Shown here: piece after piece, positions 17,047-26,339 of the stretch | Layout of the letters: the number at the start of each line of letters is the position of its first letter | Position numbering within the stretch: position 1 is the first letter of the stretch | Translations under genes and position numbers: made by a program | NCBI GenBank assembly: GCA_964291235.2 | Contig: OZ219815.1 | Coordinates: 832,001 to 896,000, forward strand | Source: Vicinamibacteria bacterium | GTDB lineage: Bacteria; Acidobacteriota; Vicinamibacteria; Marinacidobacterales; Marinacidobacteraceae | Length of the DNA: 64,000 bases | Direction: 5' to 3' | Notes under the pieces: generated by a model | What the model saw: the letters and a program-made list of their open reading frames with translations, nothing else | Database searches by the model: none | What the model was told of the DNA's origin: nothing

Positions 17047-18734
17047 GCCGTTGCCTCCGCCATGCTGCAGCGCCGCGGGTCCCCGCAGGCGCGCCGAATT
17101 CCGTCCTCGCCGATGTGAATCCCCTCGAACGAGCCGTGGTGCCAGTTCCAGGGGTTGACCACGTCGAAGTTGATGCCGCGCGCGGCCGCCTCGTCCCGGA
17201 CCTTCTCGGGGAAGTCCGCCTCGATGAGCACCGCGCCGGGGATGGTCAGCGACGGGCCGCCGAACCGCGGCCGGTTCACCGAATCCGCTACCGGCACCCC
17301 GAACTGGAGCACGTTGAGGCTGTTTTGGAGGACGTTCTGGAGCAGGCTGACGCTCGGCGAGCCGGAGGCCATCACCGGCCGGTCGCCCTGGAACAGGATG
17401 TTCGGCGCCACGTAGGCCGAGATCCGGTGCCCGGGCTTCGGCATCACCCGCAGGAAATGGGCGCCCGCCGCGCAGATGCTCACCCCCTCGGCGAAGAGGC
17501 CGTTGCTCCACGGGTAGGACATGCACGAGTGAAGGATGGTCGAGACGTTCCCGGCGGCGTCCACCACCGTCACGTGGTTGCTTCCGGCCGGCGGGGGCGG
17601 CTCGCCGGCGCCCGAGACCGGATGCCCCATCTGGAGCAGGTCGAACCGCATCCGCGCGTAGTCCTTGGAGAGGATCGTTTCGAGCGGCAGCGGGTGGCTC
17701 TCCGGGTCGTTCTGCCGGCCGCCCTCGGAATAGACGAGGTGGCTGATCCGGACCATCTGGAGCAGGCTCTCGGCCGACTCGGTCGGTGGCCCGAGCCCTT
17801 CCAGATCGAGGAACTCCAGCATGTGGAGCATTTCGATGATGTGGGTGCCGCCGTTATCGGGCGGTGGTGACCCAGCGATCTTCAGGTCGCGGTACGACCC
17901 CCACGCCGGCTCCTGCCAGCGCGGCTCCCAGCGCTCGAAGTCGTCCGGGGTCAGGACGCCGCCCGCCGCCTGGACGATCTCGCAGACCCTCTTCGCGAAG
18001 TCGCCCCGGTAGAAGTAGTCGTTCCCCTCCTCGGCCAGCCGCTCCAGGGTGTCGGCGGCCTGCTTCTGGTAGAGCATCGCGCCGGGACGCGGGATGGCGT
18101 TCCCGTCGAAGAAGATCTCGCGGCCGGCGGCGGTGCGGCCGATCTTCTCGGACTGGATGAAGACCTCGCCCCATAGGAACGGATGCATCTCGAACCCGTC
18201 CCGGGCGTAGGCGACCGCGTCCGCCATCAGTTCCTTGCGGGGGAGCGAACCGTGGCGGTCGTGGGCCGCCTCGAAGCCGCCCCACCAGCCGGGCACCGCC
18301 ACCCCGCGCCCGCCGGCGAGGTCGTGCACGCCGTAGCCGGGGAGCGGCGCCATCGGGGTGTTCACGTTGCCGTTGACGTAGGTGGTCTCGCCGGTCGCCT
18401 GGTCGAAATACATCTGGGAGAGACAGCCGGTGATGGTGGTCATGTGCGGCTCGACCACGGTCTGGGTGATCGAGGCGGCGAGCGCCGCGTCGCAAGCATT
18501 GCCGCCCTTTTCGAGGATGTCGATGGCCGCGCGGGTGGCGAGCGGGTGCGAGGTGATCGCCATCCCGCCGGCGCCCTCGGCCGGGGCCTTCTGGCCGAAG
18601 TGGGCGAGCTCGACGAGCCGCCGGCGTTCCGCGGCGTCGGGGGCGGCGGCCACCCGTGAGGCGGGGATCGCAGCGCCGGCGAGGCCGGCGGCGGTGGTTC
18701 CAAGGAATGTTCGGCGGGATGTCGGGACTCTCAT
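17043..18734 (-). CDS. Gamma-glutamyltransferase family protein with Tat signal
   Basis: True start at ATG 18734 (MRVPTSRRTFLG); GGNACDAALA, VAVPG, ARDGF, FYRG, PPPDNGG, SNHVTVVDAAGN. The upstream part of ORF 17043..19982 is repeat read-through. Confidence 0.88.
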   Translation of the reverse strand: MRVPTSRRTFLGTTAAGLAGAAIPASRVAAAPDAAERRRLVELAHFGQKAPAEGAGGMAITSHPLATRAAIDILEKGGNACDAALAASITQTVVEPHMTTITGCLSQMYFDQATGETTYVNGNVNTPMAPLPGYGVHDLAGGRGVAVPGWWGGFEAAHDRHGSLPRKELMADAVAYARDGFEMHPFLWGEVFIQSEKIGRTAAGREIFFDGNAIPRPGAMLYQKQAADTLERLAEEGNDYFYRGDFAKRVCEIVQAAGGVLTPDDFERWEPRWQEPAWGSYRDLKIAGSPPPDNGGTHIIEMLHMLEFLDLEGLGPPTESAESLLQMVRISHLVYSEGGRQNDPESHPLPLETILSKDYARMRFDLLQMGHPVSGAGEPPPPAGSNHVTVVDAAGNVSTILHSCMSYPWSNGLFAEGVSICAAGAHFLRVMPKPGHRISAYVAPNILFQGDRPVMASGSPSVSLLQNVLQNSLNVLQFGVPVADSVNRPRFGGPSLTIPGAVLIEADFPEKVRDEAAARGINFDVVNPWNWHHGSFEGIHIGEDGIRRACGDPRRCSMAEATA

Positions 18735-18785
18735 GCGGGAACCTCTGGGACGGGCGAACCTACCAAACCAACGGAGCGGCGCTCG

Positions 18786-19009
18786 GTTGGCTGGAGCGCC
18801 AGCCTCCAGGCTGGCATCGCCCGCGCAGCGGGCGAAACTCCCAAACCTGATCCTGCCGGATGGGGCCGCCGCCGAGCAGGGTGGCGCTGCGCCACTCCCG
18901 GGCTTGTACGACAATGCGCCGTCGCCGTTTGGGTTGGCATCTTCCGGGACGACTAAGTCTGGGAGTTTCGCGGCCGGCGGCCGCGATGCCGGCCGGAGGC
19001 CGGCGCTCC
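18786..19009. repeat. ~224-bp REPIN-like element, copy A
   Basis: Inverted REP hairpins at both ends; inner IR GCGAAACTCCCAAAC (18832) / GTCTGGGAGTTTCGC (18957); near-identical to copy B. Confidence 0.9.
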
Positions 19010-19021
19010 AGCGGACCCGAG

Positions 19022-19777
19022 CACCTGTCGATAACGCACCCGGCGGAACCGAACATTTGTCGATAACGCACTCGGCGGAACCCAACACCTGTCGATAACG
19101 CACCCGGCGGAACCGAACACCTGTCGATATCGCACCCGGCGGAACCGAACACCTGTCGATAACGCACTCGGCGAAGCCGAACACCTGTCGATAACGCACT
19201 CGGCGGAACCGAACACCTGTCGATAACGCACTCGGCGGAACCGAACACCTGTCGATAACGCACCCGGCGGAACCCAACACCTGTCGATAACGCATTCGGC
19301 GGAACCGAACACCTGTCGATAACGCATTCGCCGGAACCGAACACCTGTCGATAACCCACCCGGCGGATCCGAACACCTGTCGATAACCCACCCGGCGGAA
19401 CCCGAACACCTGTCGATAACCCACCCGGCGGATCCGAACACCTGTCGATAACCCACCCGGCGAAGCCGAACACCTGTCGATAACGCACCCGGCGGATCCG
19501 AACACCTGTCGATAACGCACCCGGCGGATCCCGAACACCTGTCGATAACCCACCCGGCGGATCCGAACACCTGTCGATAACGCACCCGGCGGAACCCAAA
19601 CACCTGTCGATAACGCACCCGGCGGAACCCAACACCTGTCGATAACGCACCCGGCGGAACCCAACACCTGTCGATAACGCACCCGGCGACGCCGAACACC
19701 TGTCGATAACGCACCCGGCGGAACCCAACACCTGTCGATAACGCACCCGGCGGAACCGAGCACCTCTCGATAACGCA
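19022..19777. repeat. Tandem array of 23 full plus 1 partial 32-33-bp units, consensus CACCTGTCGATAACGCACCCGGCGGAACCGAA
   Basis: Counted by eye: units at 19022, 19054, 19086 ... 19729, partial at 19761; three 33-bp variants; no unique spacers. Confidence 0.97.
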
Positions 19778-19795
19778 GTCGGTGCAACAGTCCCT

Positions 19796-20020
19796 GTTGG
19801 CTAGGAGCGCCAGCCTCCAGGCTGGCATCGCCCGCGCAGCGGGCGAAACTCCCAGACCTGATCCTGCCGGATGGGGCCGCCGCCGAGCAGGGTGGCGCTG
19901 CGCCACTCCCGGGCTTGTACGGCAATGCGCCGTCCCCGTTTGGGTTGGCGTCTTCACGGACGACTAAGTCTGGGAGTTTCACGGCCTGCGGCCGCGATGC
20001 CGGCCGGAGGCCGGCGCTCC
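19796..20020. repeat. ~225-bp REPIN-like element, copy B
   Basis: Direct repeat of 18786-19009 with a small number of substitutions. Confidence 0.9.
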
Positions 20021-20025
20021 GGTCC

Positions 20026-21354
20026 CTACTCCGGAGGCTCCGGCATCGCCCAGGCCGCCTCCACCGGGAACCCGTCCTTCCACACCGCGGCGATCGCGGT
20101 GCTCAGGCTCAGGTCGCTTTCGAGGTCCCCGGCGACCAGCAACAGGTCGGCGATCCGGCCGCGCTCCAGCCGTCCCCGATCCTCGATTCCGAAGGCATCC
20201 GCGGCCTCGCCGGTGGCGGCCGCCAGCGACTCCGCCGCACTCAATCCCGAACGCTGGAGAAGCCGCAGCTCGCCGTGCACCGAGATCCCGAAGCCGGTCC
20301 CCGGGTTCGGGGCGTCGGTCCCGGCGAGAATCCGCACCCCCGCCACGTGGAGCCGGCGGACGCTCTCGACCGACGCCTCGCTGGTTCCGACCGGTCGCGG
20401 GAACGTGCCCGAAAGCGTCTCGCGCTGCACCGCCGACACGTGCTCCGCCGGCGTCTCCGCCAGCAACTCCGGCCCCATCGACTCCCCCGCCGCCGCGACT
20501 CGCACCGAGAGCGTCGGGATCACGAACACCCCCGCTTCGGCGAAGCGCGCCGCGTCCTCCTCGGAGATGACCTCGTCCCCCCAGACGTGGACAAACCCGT
20601 CAATCCCCATCTCGAGCGCGGCGAGCGCGTGCTCGAGCGTGCTCACGTGGATGACCGCGAGCAGCTCCTCGGCGTGAGCGGCCTCGATGACCGCCGCGAT
20701 CGTCTCGCGGTCGAGCGTCGGGATGACCGCCCCGAAGGTGCTGCCGTCCTCCCAGATGATCTTGATCCAGTCGGCGCCCTCTTCCTTCCGCGCGCGGACG
20801 AAGGCCGGCGCCTCCTCCGGATTCGTCAGCGTCTCCACCGGGACGCCGAACTGGGTACCGTGCCCGTCGGGCGCGGTAGCGACGTTGCCCGCGGAAAAGA
20901 GATCGGCCTCGTCGCCGCGGCCGAGCGCCTCCCGGGCCGGGCGCTTGTTGGCCGCGAGCGCCGGGGCCGTGAACTGATCGAACACCGTGGTCACCCCGAA
21001 GCGCAGGGAGTCGGCCAGCGCCATCCCGTAGGTGTGGGTGTGGGCGTCGATCAGTCCCGGCAGCAGGGTGTGGCCGCGGCCGTCCACGCGAGGCAGGCCC
21101 GCGGGGAGATCCAGCCGCTGCCCGACGGCCCGGATCCGTCCGTCCTCGACCCAGACGTCCCGGTGGGGCCGGAACTCCTCCCCGTCGAACACGGTCACGT
21201 CCACCACCGCGAAATCGGTCTCCGGGAGCGGCCCGCCCGGCGGGTCCGCCGGTTCCGGTACCGGTAGCGTCATGAGCAGGCCCACGAACACCGCAACCCC
21301 CACTGCGGCGATCAGCGGGTCGCGGCGCCAGAGGATGCGCTCGGCAGGAGTCAC
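20026..21354 (-). CDS. Amidohydrolase family protein with N-terminal membrane anchor
   Basis: Probable GTG at 21354; LLPGLIDAHTH, GADWIK, VIHV, FVHVW, LAGTDAPN, GRIADLLLV. Confidence 0.85.
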   Translation of the reverse strand: MTPAERILWRRDPLIAAVGVAVFVGLLMTLPVPEPADPPGGPLPETDFAVVDVTVFDGEEFRPHRDVWVEDGRIRAVGQRLDLPAGLPRVDGRGHTLLPGLIDAHTHTYGMALADSLRFGVTTVFDQFTAPALAANKRPAREALGRGDEADLFSAGNVATAPDGHGTQFGVPVETLTNPEEAPAFVRARKEEGADWIKIIWEDGSTFGAVIPTLDRETIAAVIEAAHAEELLAVIHVSTLEHALAALEMGIDGFVHVWGDEVISEEDAARFAEAGVFVIPTLSVRVAAAGESMGPELLAETPAEHVSAVQRETLSGTFPRPVGTSEASVESVRRLHVAGVRILAGTDAPNPGTGFGISVHGELRLLQRSGLSAAESLAAATGEAADAFGIEDRGRLERGRIADLLLVAGDLESDLSLSTAIAAVWKDGFPVEAAWAMPEPPE

Positions 21355-21359
21355 GTCGC

Positions 21360-22139
21360 TCACCGCCCGGAGAACCGCCGGAGTCCCACGGCCGCCGCCA
21401 CCAGGCAGATCGCGGTCTGCCCGCCCAGCAGCACGAGATGGAGCCACAGCGGCCGGCCCAGATCGAGGTCGATCACCTTCAGCGCCAGTTGGCCCAGGTG
21501 ATAGGCGGGAAAGGCGATGGCGATGTCCTGCAGGAAGCCCGGAAGCATGTAGATCGGGACCCACAGTCCCGAGATGAGCGACATGCCGATGAAGACGAGG
21601 TTCACGATCGCTACCGCGGCCTGTTGCTTCGCCCACGCCCCCATCGCCAGCCCGATGGCGCTGAACGGCAGCACCCCCGCGAGGATGATCCCGGCGAGCG
21701 CGAACCACTGCCCCCGGTAGAGCTCGACTCCCGCGACGAAGCCAGCCAGGAGAAACAGCGCGAGCACCACCACGGCGCCGAAGATGGCCGCCGTCCCCAC
21801 CCGGGCGCACAGGTAGGCGCCGGCGGGCATCGGCGTCGTGCGCTTCAGCAGGAGGGCGCCGGTGTCGCGCTCCTGAGCGAGTCCCACCCCGAAACCGAAG
21901 AGCGACGGAGCGAGGACGCCGAAGACACCGTAGGTCGCCAGCATGTAGGTCGGCGCCGCGAGCGACTGGCCGCCCGACTGGAACACCACGGCGAAGAACA
22001 GGTAGAAGAGCACCGGGAAGAGCAGCGTCGGGATGGCGAACGCCGGCAGCCGCAGCGAGCTCAGGAACTGGAACCGCGTCTCCAGCAGGGTGATCCGCAG
22101 GTGCCAGAGGAAGCCGCGGCGCGCGGTGGTGGCTGTCAC
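21360..22139 (-). CDS. ABC-2 type transporter permease
   Basis: About six TM segments; ERDTGALLLKRTTP; ISGLWVPI..LP. Confidence 0.9.
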   Translation of the reverse strand: MTATTARRGFLWHLRITLLETRFQFLSSLRLPAFAIPTLLFPVLFYLFFAVVFQSGGQSLAAPTYMLATYGVFGVLAPSLFGFGVGLAQERDTGALLLKRTTPMPAGAYLCARVGTAAIFGAVVVLALFLLAGFVAGVELYRGQWFALAGIILAGVLPFSAIGLAMGAWAKQQAAVAIVNLVFIGMSLISGLWVPIYMLPGFLQDIAIAFPAYHLGQLALKVIDLDLGRPLWLHLVLLGGQTAICLVAAAVGLRRFSGR

Positions 22140-23057
22140 TTACGCGTCTCCCGCCCCACCGTCGCCGGTAAGCGCGAGGAACGCCTCCTCGAGTCCCACA
22201 CCGACCACCGTCAGGTCCTTGAGGTCCGGGTCGAGCGCGAACATCCGGCGGAGCAGCGCCTCCGGCTCGGCGCTCACGATCTCGAGATGCTGGCCCTTGG
22301 TCTCCACCCGGGCGGCCTCGGGGAAGGAACGCGCGGTTTCGGGACCGATGCTCGTGACAGAGCGCACCACGCGGCCCGAGGTGCGCGACTTGATCTCCTC
22401 CGGGCTCCCGGCGGCGATCAGCCGCCCCCGGTGGATCACCGCGATCCGGTCGGCGAGCGCGTCCGCCTCCTCGAGGTAATGGGTGGTGAGGACGGCGGTG
22501 CGTCCGGCCGCCTTCAGCCCCCGGATCTCGTCCCACAGCCGGCGGCGGCCGTCGAGATCCAGTCCGGCGGTCGGCTCGTCGAGGAACACGAGTTCCGGAT
22601 CGCCAGCCAGCGCCAGGGCGAACATCACCCGCTGCTTCTGCCCGCCGGAGAGCTTCCCGTAGCGCCGGTCCTTGAGTTCCTGGAGGCCCGCCATTTCCAG
22701 GAGGCGCGCCGTCGGTAGGGGCGAGGGGTAGTAGGCGCGGAAGAGCGCCAGGTGCTCCGCCACGGTGAGCGTCTCCGGAACTCCGGAGATCTGGAGCATC
22801 GCGCCGCGCCGCAGGCGGACCTCGGCGGCGTCCGGGGCGCGCCCGAAGACGCGGGCGGCCCCGGACTGCAGCGGCAGCGTGCCGAGGAGGAGGCTGACCG
22901 CGGTCGTTTTCCCGGCGCCGTTCGGTCCGAGCACCGCGAGCACCTCGCCCTCCCGGACTTCCAGATCGAGCCGGTCGAGCGCCAGGACCTCGCCGTAGCG
23001 GTGGCTCACGCCGGAGAGGTGCGCGAGGCCGGAGCGGGGTGTCGGGGCGGGTGGCAA
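22140..23057 (-). CDS. ABC transporter ATP-binding protein
   Basis: GPNGAGKTT, LSGGQKQR, LVFLDEPT, TTHYLEEA. Confidence 0.96.
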   Translation of the reverse strand: MPPAPTPRSGLAHLSGVSHRYGEVLALDRLDLEVREGEVLAVLGPNGAGKTTAVSLLLGTLPLQSGAARVFGRAPDAAEVRLRRGAMLQISGVPETLTVAEHLALFRAYYPSPLPTARLLEMAGLQELKDRRYGKLSGGQKQRVMFALALAGDPELVFLDEPTAGLDLDGRRRLWDEIRGLKAAGRTAVLTTHYLEEADALADRIAVIHRGRLIAAGSPEEIKSRTSGRVVRSVTSIGPETARSFPEAARVETKGQHLEIVSAEPEALLRRMFALDPDLKDLTVVGVGLEEAFLALTGDGGAGDA

Positions 23058-23188
23058 GGCGGTCGAGGCCCGTCAGAATGGTTTCACGGCGGCCCCGGTC
23101 CCTTGAATACGCGTGCGTAACGCCGGTATTACGCGATCCCGGTTTCCGGCCTCGCTAGAATCGCGCCCCCTCGGAAGACGAACCAAGC

Positions 23189-25510
23189 TTGGCGATCAGA
23201 ACCCAGACCATCGGCGACCGGGTAAAGCGGCGCGAAGACCCGCGGCTGGTCACCGGCCAGGCGCTCTACACGCCGGACATCCCGCTGCCGGACGCCCTCC
23301 ACCTCGCGGTCGTGCGGAGCCCCTACCCGCACGCCGAGATCGTCTCGATCGAGACCGAAGAAGCCGCCGCCGCGCCGGGCGTGGTGGGCGTCTTCACCGC
23401 GGCCGACATCCTGCCGACGCTCAAGAAGCCCTTCCCCGTGGCCCGGGCGCCGGATGGCGGCGCGTTCACCGAACTGCACCTGCCGCCGCGGTGGGCGCTC
23501 GCCGACGGCAAGGCCCTCACGGTCGGCGATCCGGTGGTCGCCGTCGTCGCCGAAACGGCGGCGCAGGCCGTGGACGCGGCGGGGCTGGTCTTCGTGGACT
23601 ACCGGGACCTCCCGGGAGCCGGCGACTCGAAGGCGGCGCGCGCCGAGGGCGCCGAACTCCTCTACTCCGAGGTGGCCGGCAACCGGGCGTTCGTGTGGGA
23701 ACTCCATCCCGAGGGGGCCCCGGAGGCCGCGACCGGCGAGGTCGAGGTTTCGCTCGATTTTCGGATCCAGCGGCTCATCCCGAGCGCCATGGAACCGCGG
23801 GCGGTGGCCGCGCGGGTGGATGGCGACCGGATCACCATGTGGACCTCCACCCAGTCCGCGCACCGGGTGAAATCGAGCGTGGCGCGCATCCTGGGTATTG
23901 ACGAGGAACGCGTCCGCACGATCGCCCCCGAAGTGGGCGGCGGCTTCGGCGCCAAGGCGAACCTCTACGCCGAGGAGATCCTGGTCCCCTGGCTCGCCCT
24001 GAAGCTCGGTCGGCCGGTCCGCTGGTTCGCCACCCGGACCGAGGACTTCCAGACCACCACCCACGGGCGGAACCTCTTCGTCACCCTGGGCGTCGCCGCG
24101 GACCCGGACGGCCGCGTCCGGCACTGCGACGTGGAAGTGCTCTACGACTCCGGCGCCTACTTCAGCCGGCCGGGACCCACCACCCCGTCGCTCACCGGGG
24201 CCATGATCGTCGGGCCCTACGACATCCGCTCCGCCCACGCGCGCGCCGAGGGCGCGTTCACGAACACCGCCCCGAACGAGCCCTACCGGGGCTCGGGACG
24301 GCCGGAGGCCACCTACCTGATCGAGCGGGCGCTCGACGTGCTCGCCGGCCGGATCGGGATGGACCCGGCCGAAATCCGCCGGCGCAACCTGATCCCGCCG
24401 CACAAGTTCCCCTACCGGACGGCGACCGGCCTCACCTACGACAGCGGCGAGTACGAAAAGGCGCTCGACCTGGCGCTCGAGGCCGGCGACTACCAGGGCC
24501 TGCGCGCCGAGCAGGCGCGGCGGCAGGCCGAGGGCGGCAAACCGCTCGGCATCGGACTCGCCTGCTACGTCGAGATCTGCGGGTTCGGTCCCTGGGAGGC
24601 CGGGGGCGTCACGATTGAATCGGATGGCTCGGTCACCGTCCGGAGCGGGACCTCGCCGCACGGGCAGGGACACGAGACCGCGTGGGCCCAGATCGCCGCC
24701 GCACAGCTCGGCGTCTCGCTCGACGACGTGACGGTGCTTCACGGCGATACCGACGAATGCCCCCGCGGCATCGGCACCTTCGGGAGCCGGAGCGCGCCGG
24801 TGGGCGGATCGGCGATCTTCAACAACGCCGAGACCGTCCGGGAGCGCGCGAAGGAGCTCGCCGCGCGCCTGCTGGAAGCGGCCGCCGAGGACATCCGCTT
24901 CGAAGAGGGCCGGTTCTTCGTCGCCGGTTCGCCGGCCCGCGCCGTGGGCTGGTCCCAGATCGCGGCCTTTGCCTATTCGTCAGATGCCCCGGAAGACGCG
25001 GCCGCCGCTCTCACCGCCGACGTGGACTTCAAGCCGCCCGCCGAGACCTTCCCCTTCGGAACGCATCTCTGCGCGGTCGAGATCGACCCCGATACGGGGC
25101 AGGTCACGATTGTTCGCTACATCTCGGTGGACGACTGCGGCAAGGTCATCAACCCGCTGCTCGCCGAGGGACAGGTGCACGGCGGGCTCGCCCAGGGGAT
25201 CTCGCAGGCGCTCTTCGAAGACGCCGTGTACGACAAAGAGGGCAACCTGCTCACCGGCACGCTTCTCGAGTACGCCGTCCCGCGGGCCGACATGCTGCCG
25301 TCCTACGAGCTGCACCGCACCGTGACCCCAACCCCGGTGAACCCCCTCGGCGTAAAGGGCATCGGGGAGGCGGCGACCATCGGTTCCACGCCGGCGGTCG
25401 CGAACGCGGTCATGGACGCGCTCCGCCCGTTCGGGGTGGAGCACCTCGATACGCCGCTCACGCCCGAGAAGGTCTGGCGCGCGATGCGCGGCGGCGGATC
25501 GGGCGACTGA
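23189..25510 (+). CDS. Xanthine dehydrogenase family molybdopterin-binding subunit (CoxL form II-like)
   Basis: KRREDPRLVTG, VGGGFGAK, PYRGSGRPEA, GQGHET, GQVHGGLAQG, KGIGEA. Confidence 0.93.
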   Translation: MAIRTQTIGDRVKRREDPRLVTGQALYTPDIPLPDALHLAVVRSPYPHAEIVSIETEEAAAAPGVVGVFTAADILPTLKKPFPVARAPDGGAFTELHLPPRWALADGKALTVGDPVVAVVAETAAQAVDAAGLVFVDYRDLPGAGDSKAARAEGAELLYSEVAGNRAFVWELHPEGAPEAATGEVEVSLDFRIQRLIPSAMEPRAVAARVDGDRITMWTSTQSAHRVKSSVARILGIDEERVRTIAPEVGGGFGAKANLYAEEILVPWLALKLGRPVRWFATRTEDFQTTTHGRNLFVTLGVAADPDGRVRHCDVEVLYDSGAYFSRPGPTTPSLTGAMIVGPYDIRSAHARAEGAFTNTAPNEPYRGSGRPEATYLIERALDVLAGRIGMDPAEIRRRNLIPPHKFPYRTATGLTYDSGEYEKALDLALEAGDYQGLRAEQARRQAEGGKPLGIGLACYVEICGFGPWEAGGVTIESDGSVTVRSGTSPHGQGHETAWAQIAAAQLGVSLDDVTVLHGDTDECPRGIGTFGSRSAPVGGSAIFNNAETVRERAKELAARLLEAAAEDIRFEEGRFFVAGSPARAVGWSQIAAFAYSSDAPEDAAAALTADVDFKPPAETFPFGTHLCAVEIDPDTGQVTIVRYISVDDCGKVINPLLAEGQVHGGLAQGISQALFEDAVYDKEGNLLTGTLLEYAVPRADMLPSYELHRTVTPTPVNPLGVKGIGEAATIGSTPAVANAVMDALRPFGVEHLDTPLTPEKVWRAMRGGGSGD

Positions 25511-25543
25511 CGGCGCCGAGTTCGTTACCGACGACTCTTTGAC

Positions 25544-25756
25544 TTAGCCCCACTCCTCCCGGAGTGGTCGCTCCTCGGCGAGACCGTCGGTCGCGCGTCC
25601 TCGCCACATTCCGAATACCTCTGTTCGCCGCCGGTGCGTCTCCACGTACCGATCCACTGCCCGCCGGACGGCTTCCGCGCGCGAAATGCCCTTGTCCCGG
25701 CACAGCTCCGCCAAACGGTCGGCCTGCTCCTGGGGGAGCGAGATCGTTGTTCGCAT
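25544..25756 (-). CDS. Ribbon-helix-helix (CopG family) protein, VapB-like antitoxin with no adjacent toxin
   Basis: MRTTISLPQEQADRLAELCRDKGISRAEAVRRAVDRY...FGMW...LREEW, from ATG 25756. Confidence 0.75.
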   Translation of the reverse strand: MRTTISLPQEQADRLAELCRDKGISRAEAVRRAVDRYVETHRRRTEVFGMWRGRATDGLAEERPLREEWG

Positions 25757-25814
25757 GCCGTGGTTGGACGATAGCCGCGTTGGTACGACGATGCGCCACG
25801 CGGCCAGGAGCGCA

Positions 25815-26335
25815 AGGAGCGCCGACCTCCAGCCCGGGTTTCTCATACGTCCGCCACAGAGATCGACGCAGGATGGTTCCCGTCTCGGCGGGAACCCCAC
25901 CAGCCCTCGATGTCGCATGGGCACGGGAACGCCGATCTCCAGATCGGCACAGCCCGCCATAGGCGGGCGGCGGGACGGACCTGGTTGGCCGAAATGGCTC
26001 TCTCTCGGAGCGGATGCCGTGCGCGCGAGCGGCGAGGAACCGCCCGCGGCGCTCCGCTGCGCGGTGCCGGCCCACCGGGTGAACGAGCCCGAAGGTCAGC
26101 GTTCCCGGGCCCGTGGCACCACCAGGGCCTGCTGGGGTTCCCGCCGAGAGGGGACCATCCGGGCACGCGCGGGACCGGGCCGCCGCCCGCCCCCGGCGGG
26201 CTGTGCCGGCCCCCACCCGGAGAACTGGCCTGGAGATCGGCGTTCCCGTGCCGTGGCACCACCAAGGCCTGCTGGGGTTCCCCGCCGAGAGGGGACCAGC
26301 CGGGCTCGCTGGGCCGGCTGGAGGCCGGCGCTCCT
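25815..26335. repeat. Cluster of REP / 121-bp-unit-related repeats in both orientations
   Basis: GCACGGGAACGCCGATCTCCAGATCGGCACAGCCC near 25921; inverted copies at ~26095-26335; shares GGATGGTTC..CTCGGCG.GAACCCCACCAGC with the 12.7-kb array. Confidence 0.8.
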
Positions 26336-26339
26336 GGTG

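Noticed and set aside
19022-19777. CRISPR array
   Set aside because: The units are contiguous with no unique spacers; the variable half is only point variants of one sequence; no cas genes in the window.
17043-19982. 979-aa repeat-GGT fusion and the overlapping Cys/Arg-rich repeat ORFs (18760..19746, 18953..19957)
   Set aside because: The 32-bp unit has no minus-strand stops, so all three frames stay open and give the same peptide; GGT has its own Tat start at 18734.
20026-22536. 836-aa ORF as a single protein
   Set aside because: The N-terminal ~394 codons overlap the ABC genes in another frame; only the amidohydrolase part has motifs.
23189-25510. Form I aerobic CO dehydrogenase (coxL)
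   Set aside because: The active-site loop is PYRGSGR, not AYxCSFR, and there is no adjacent coxM/coxS.
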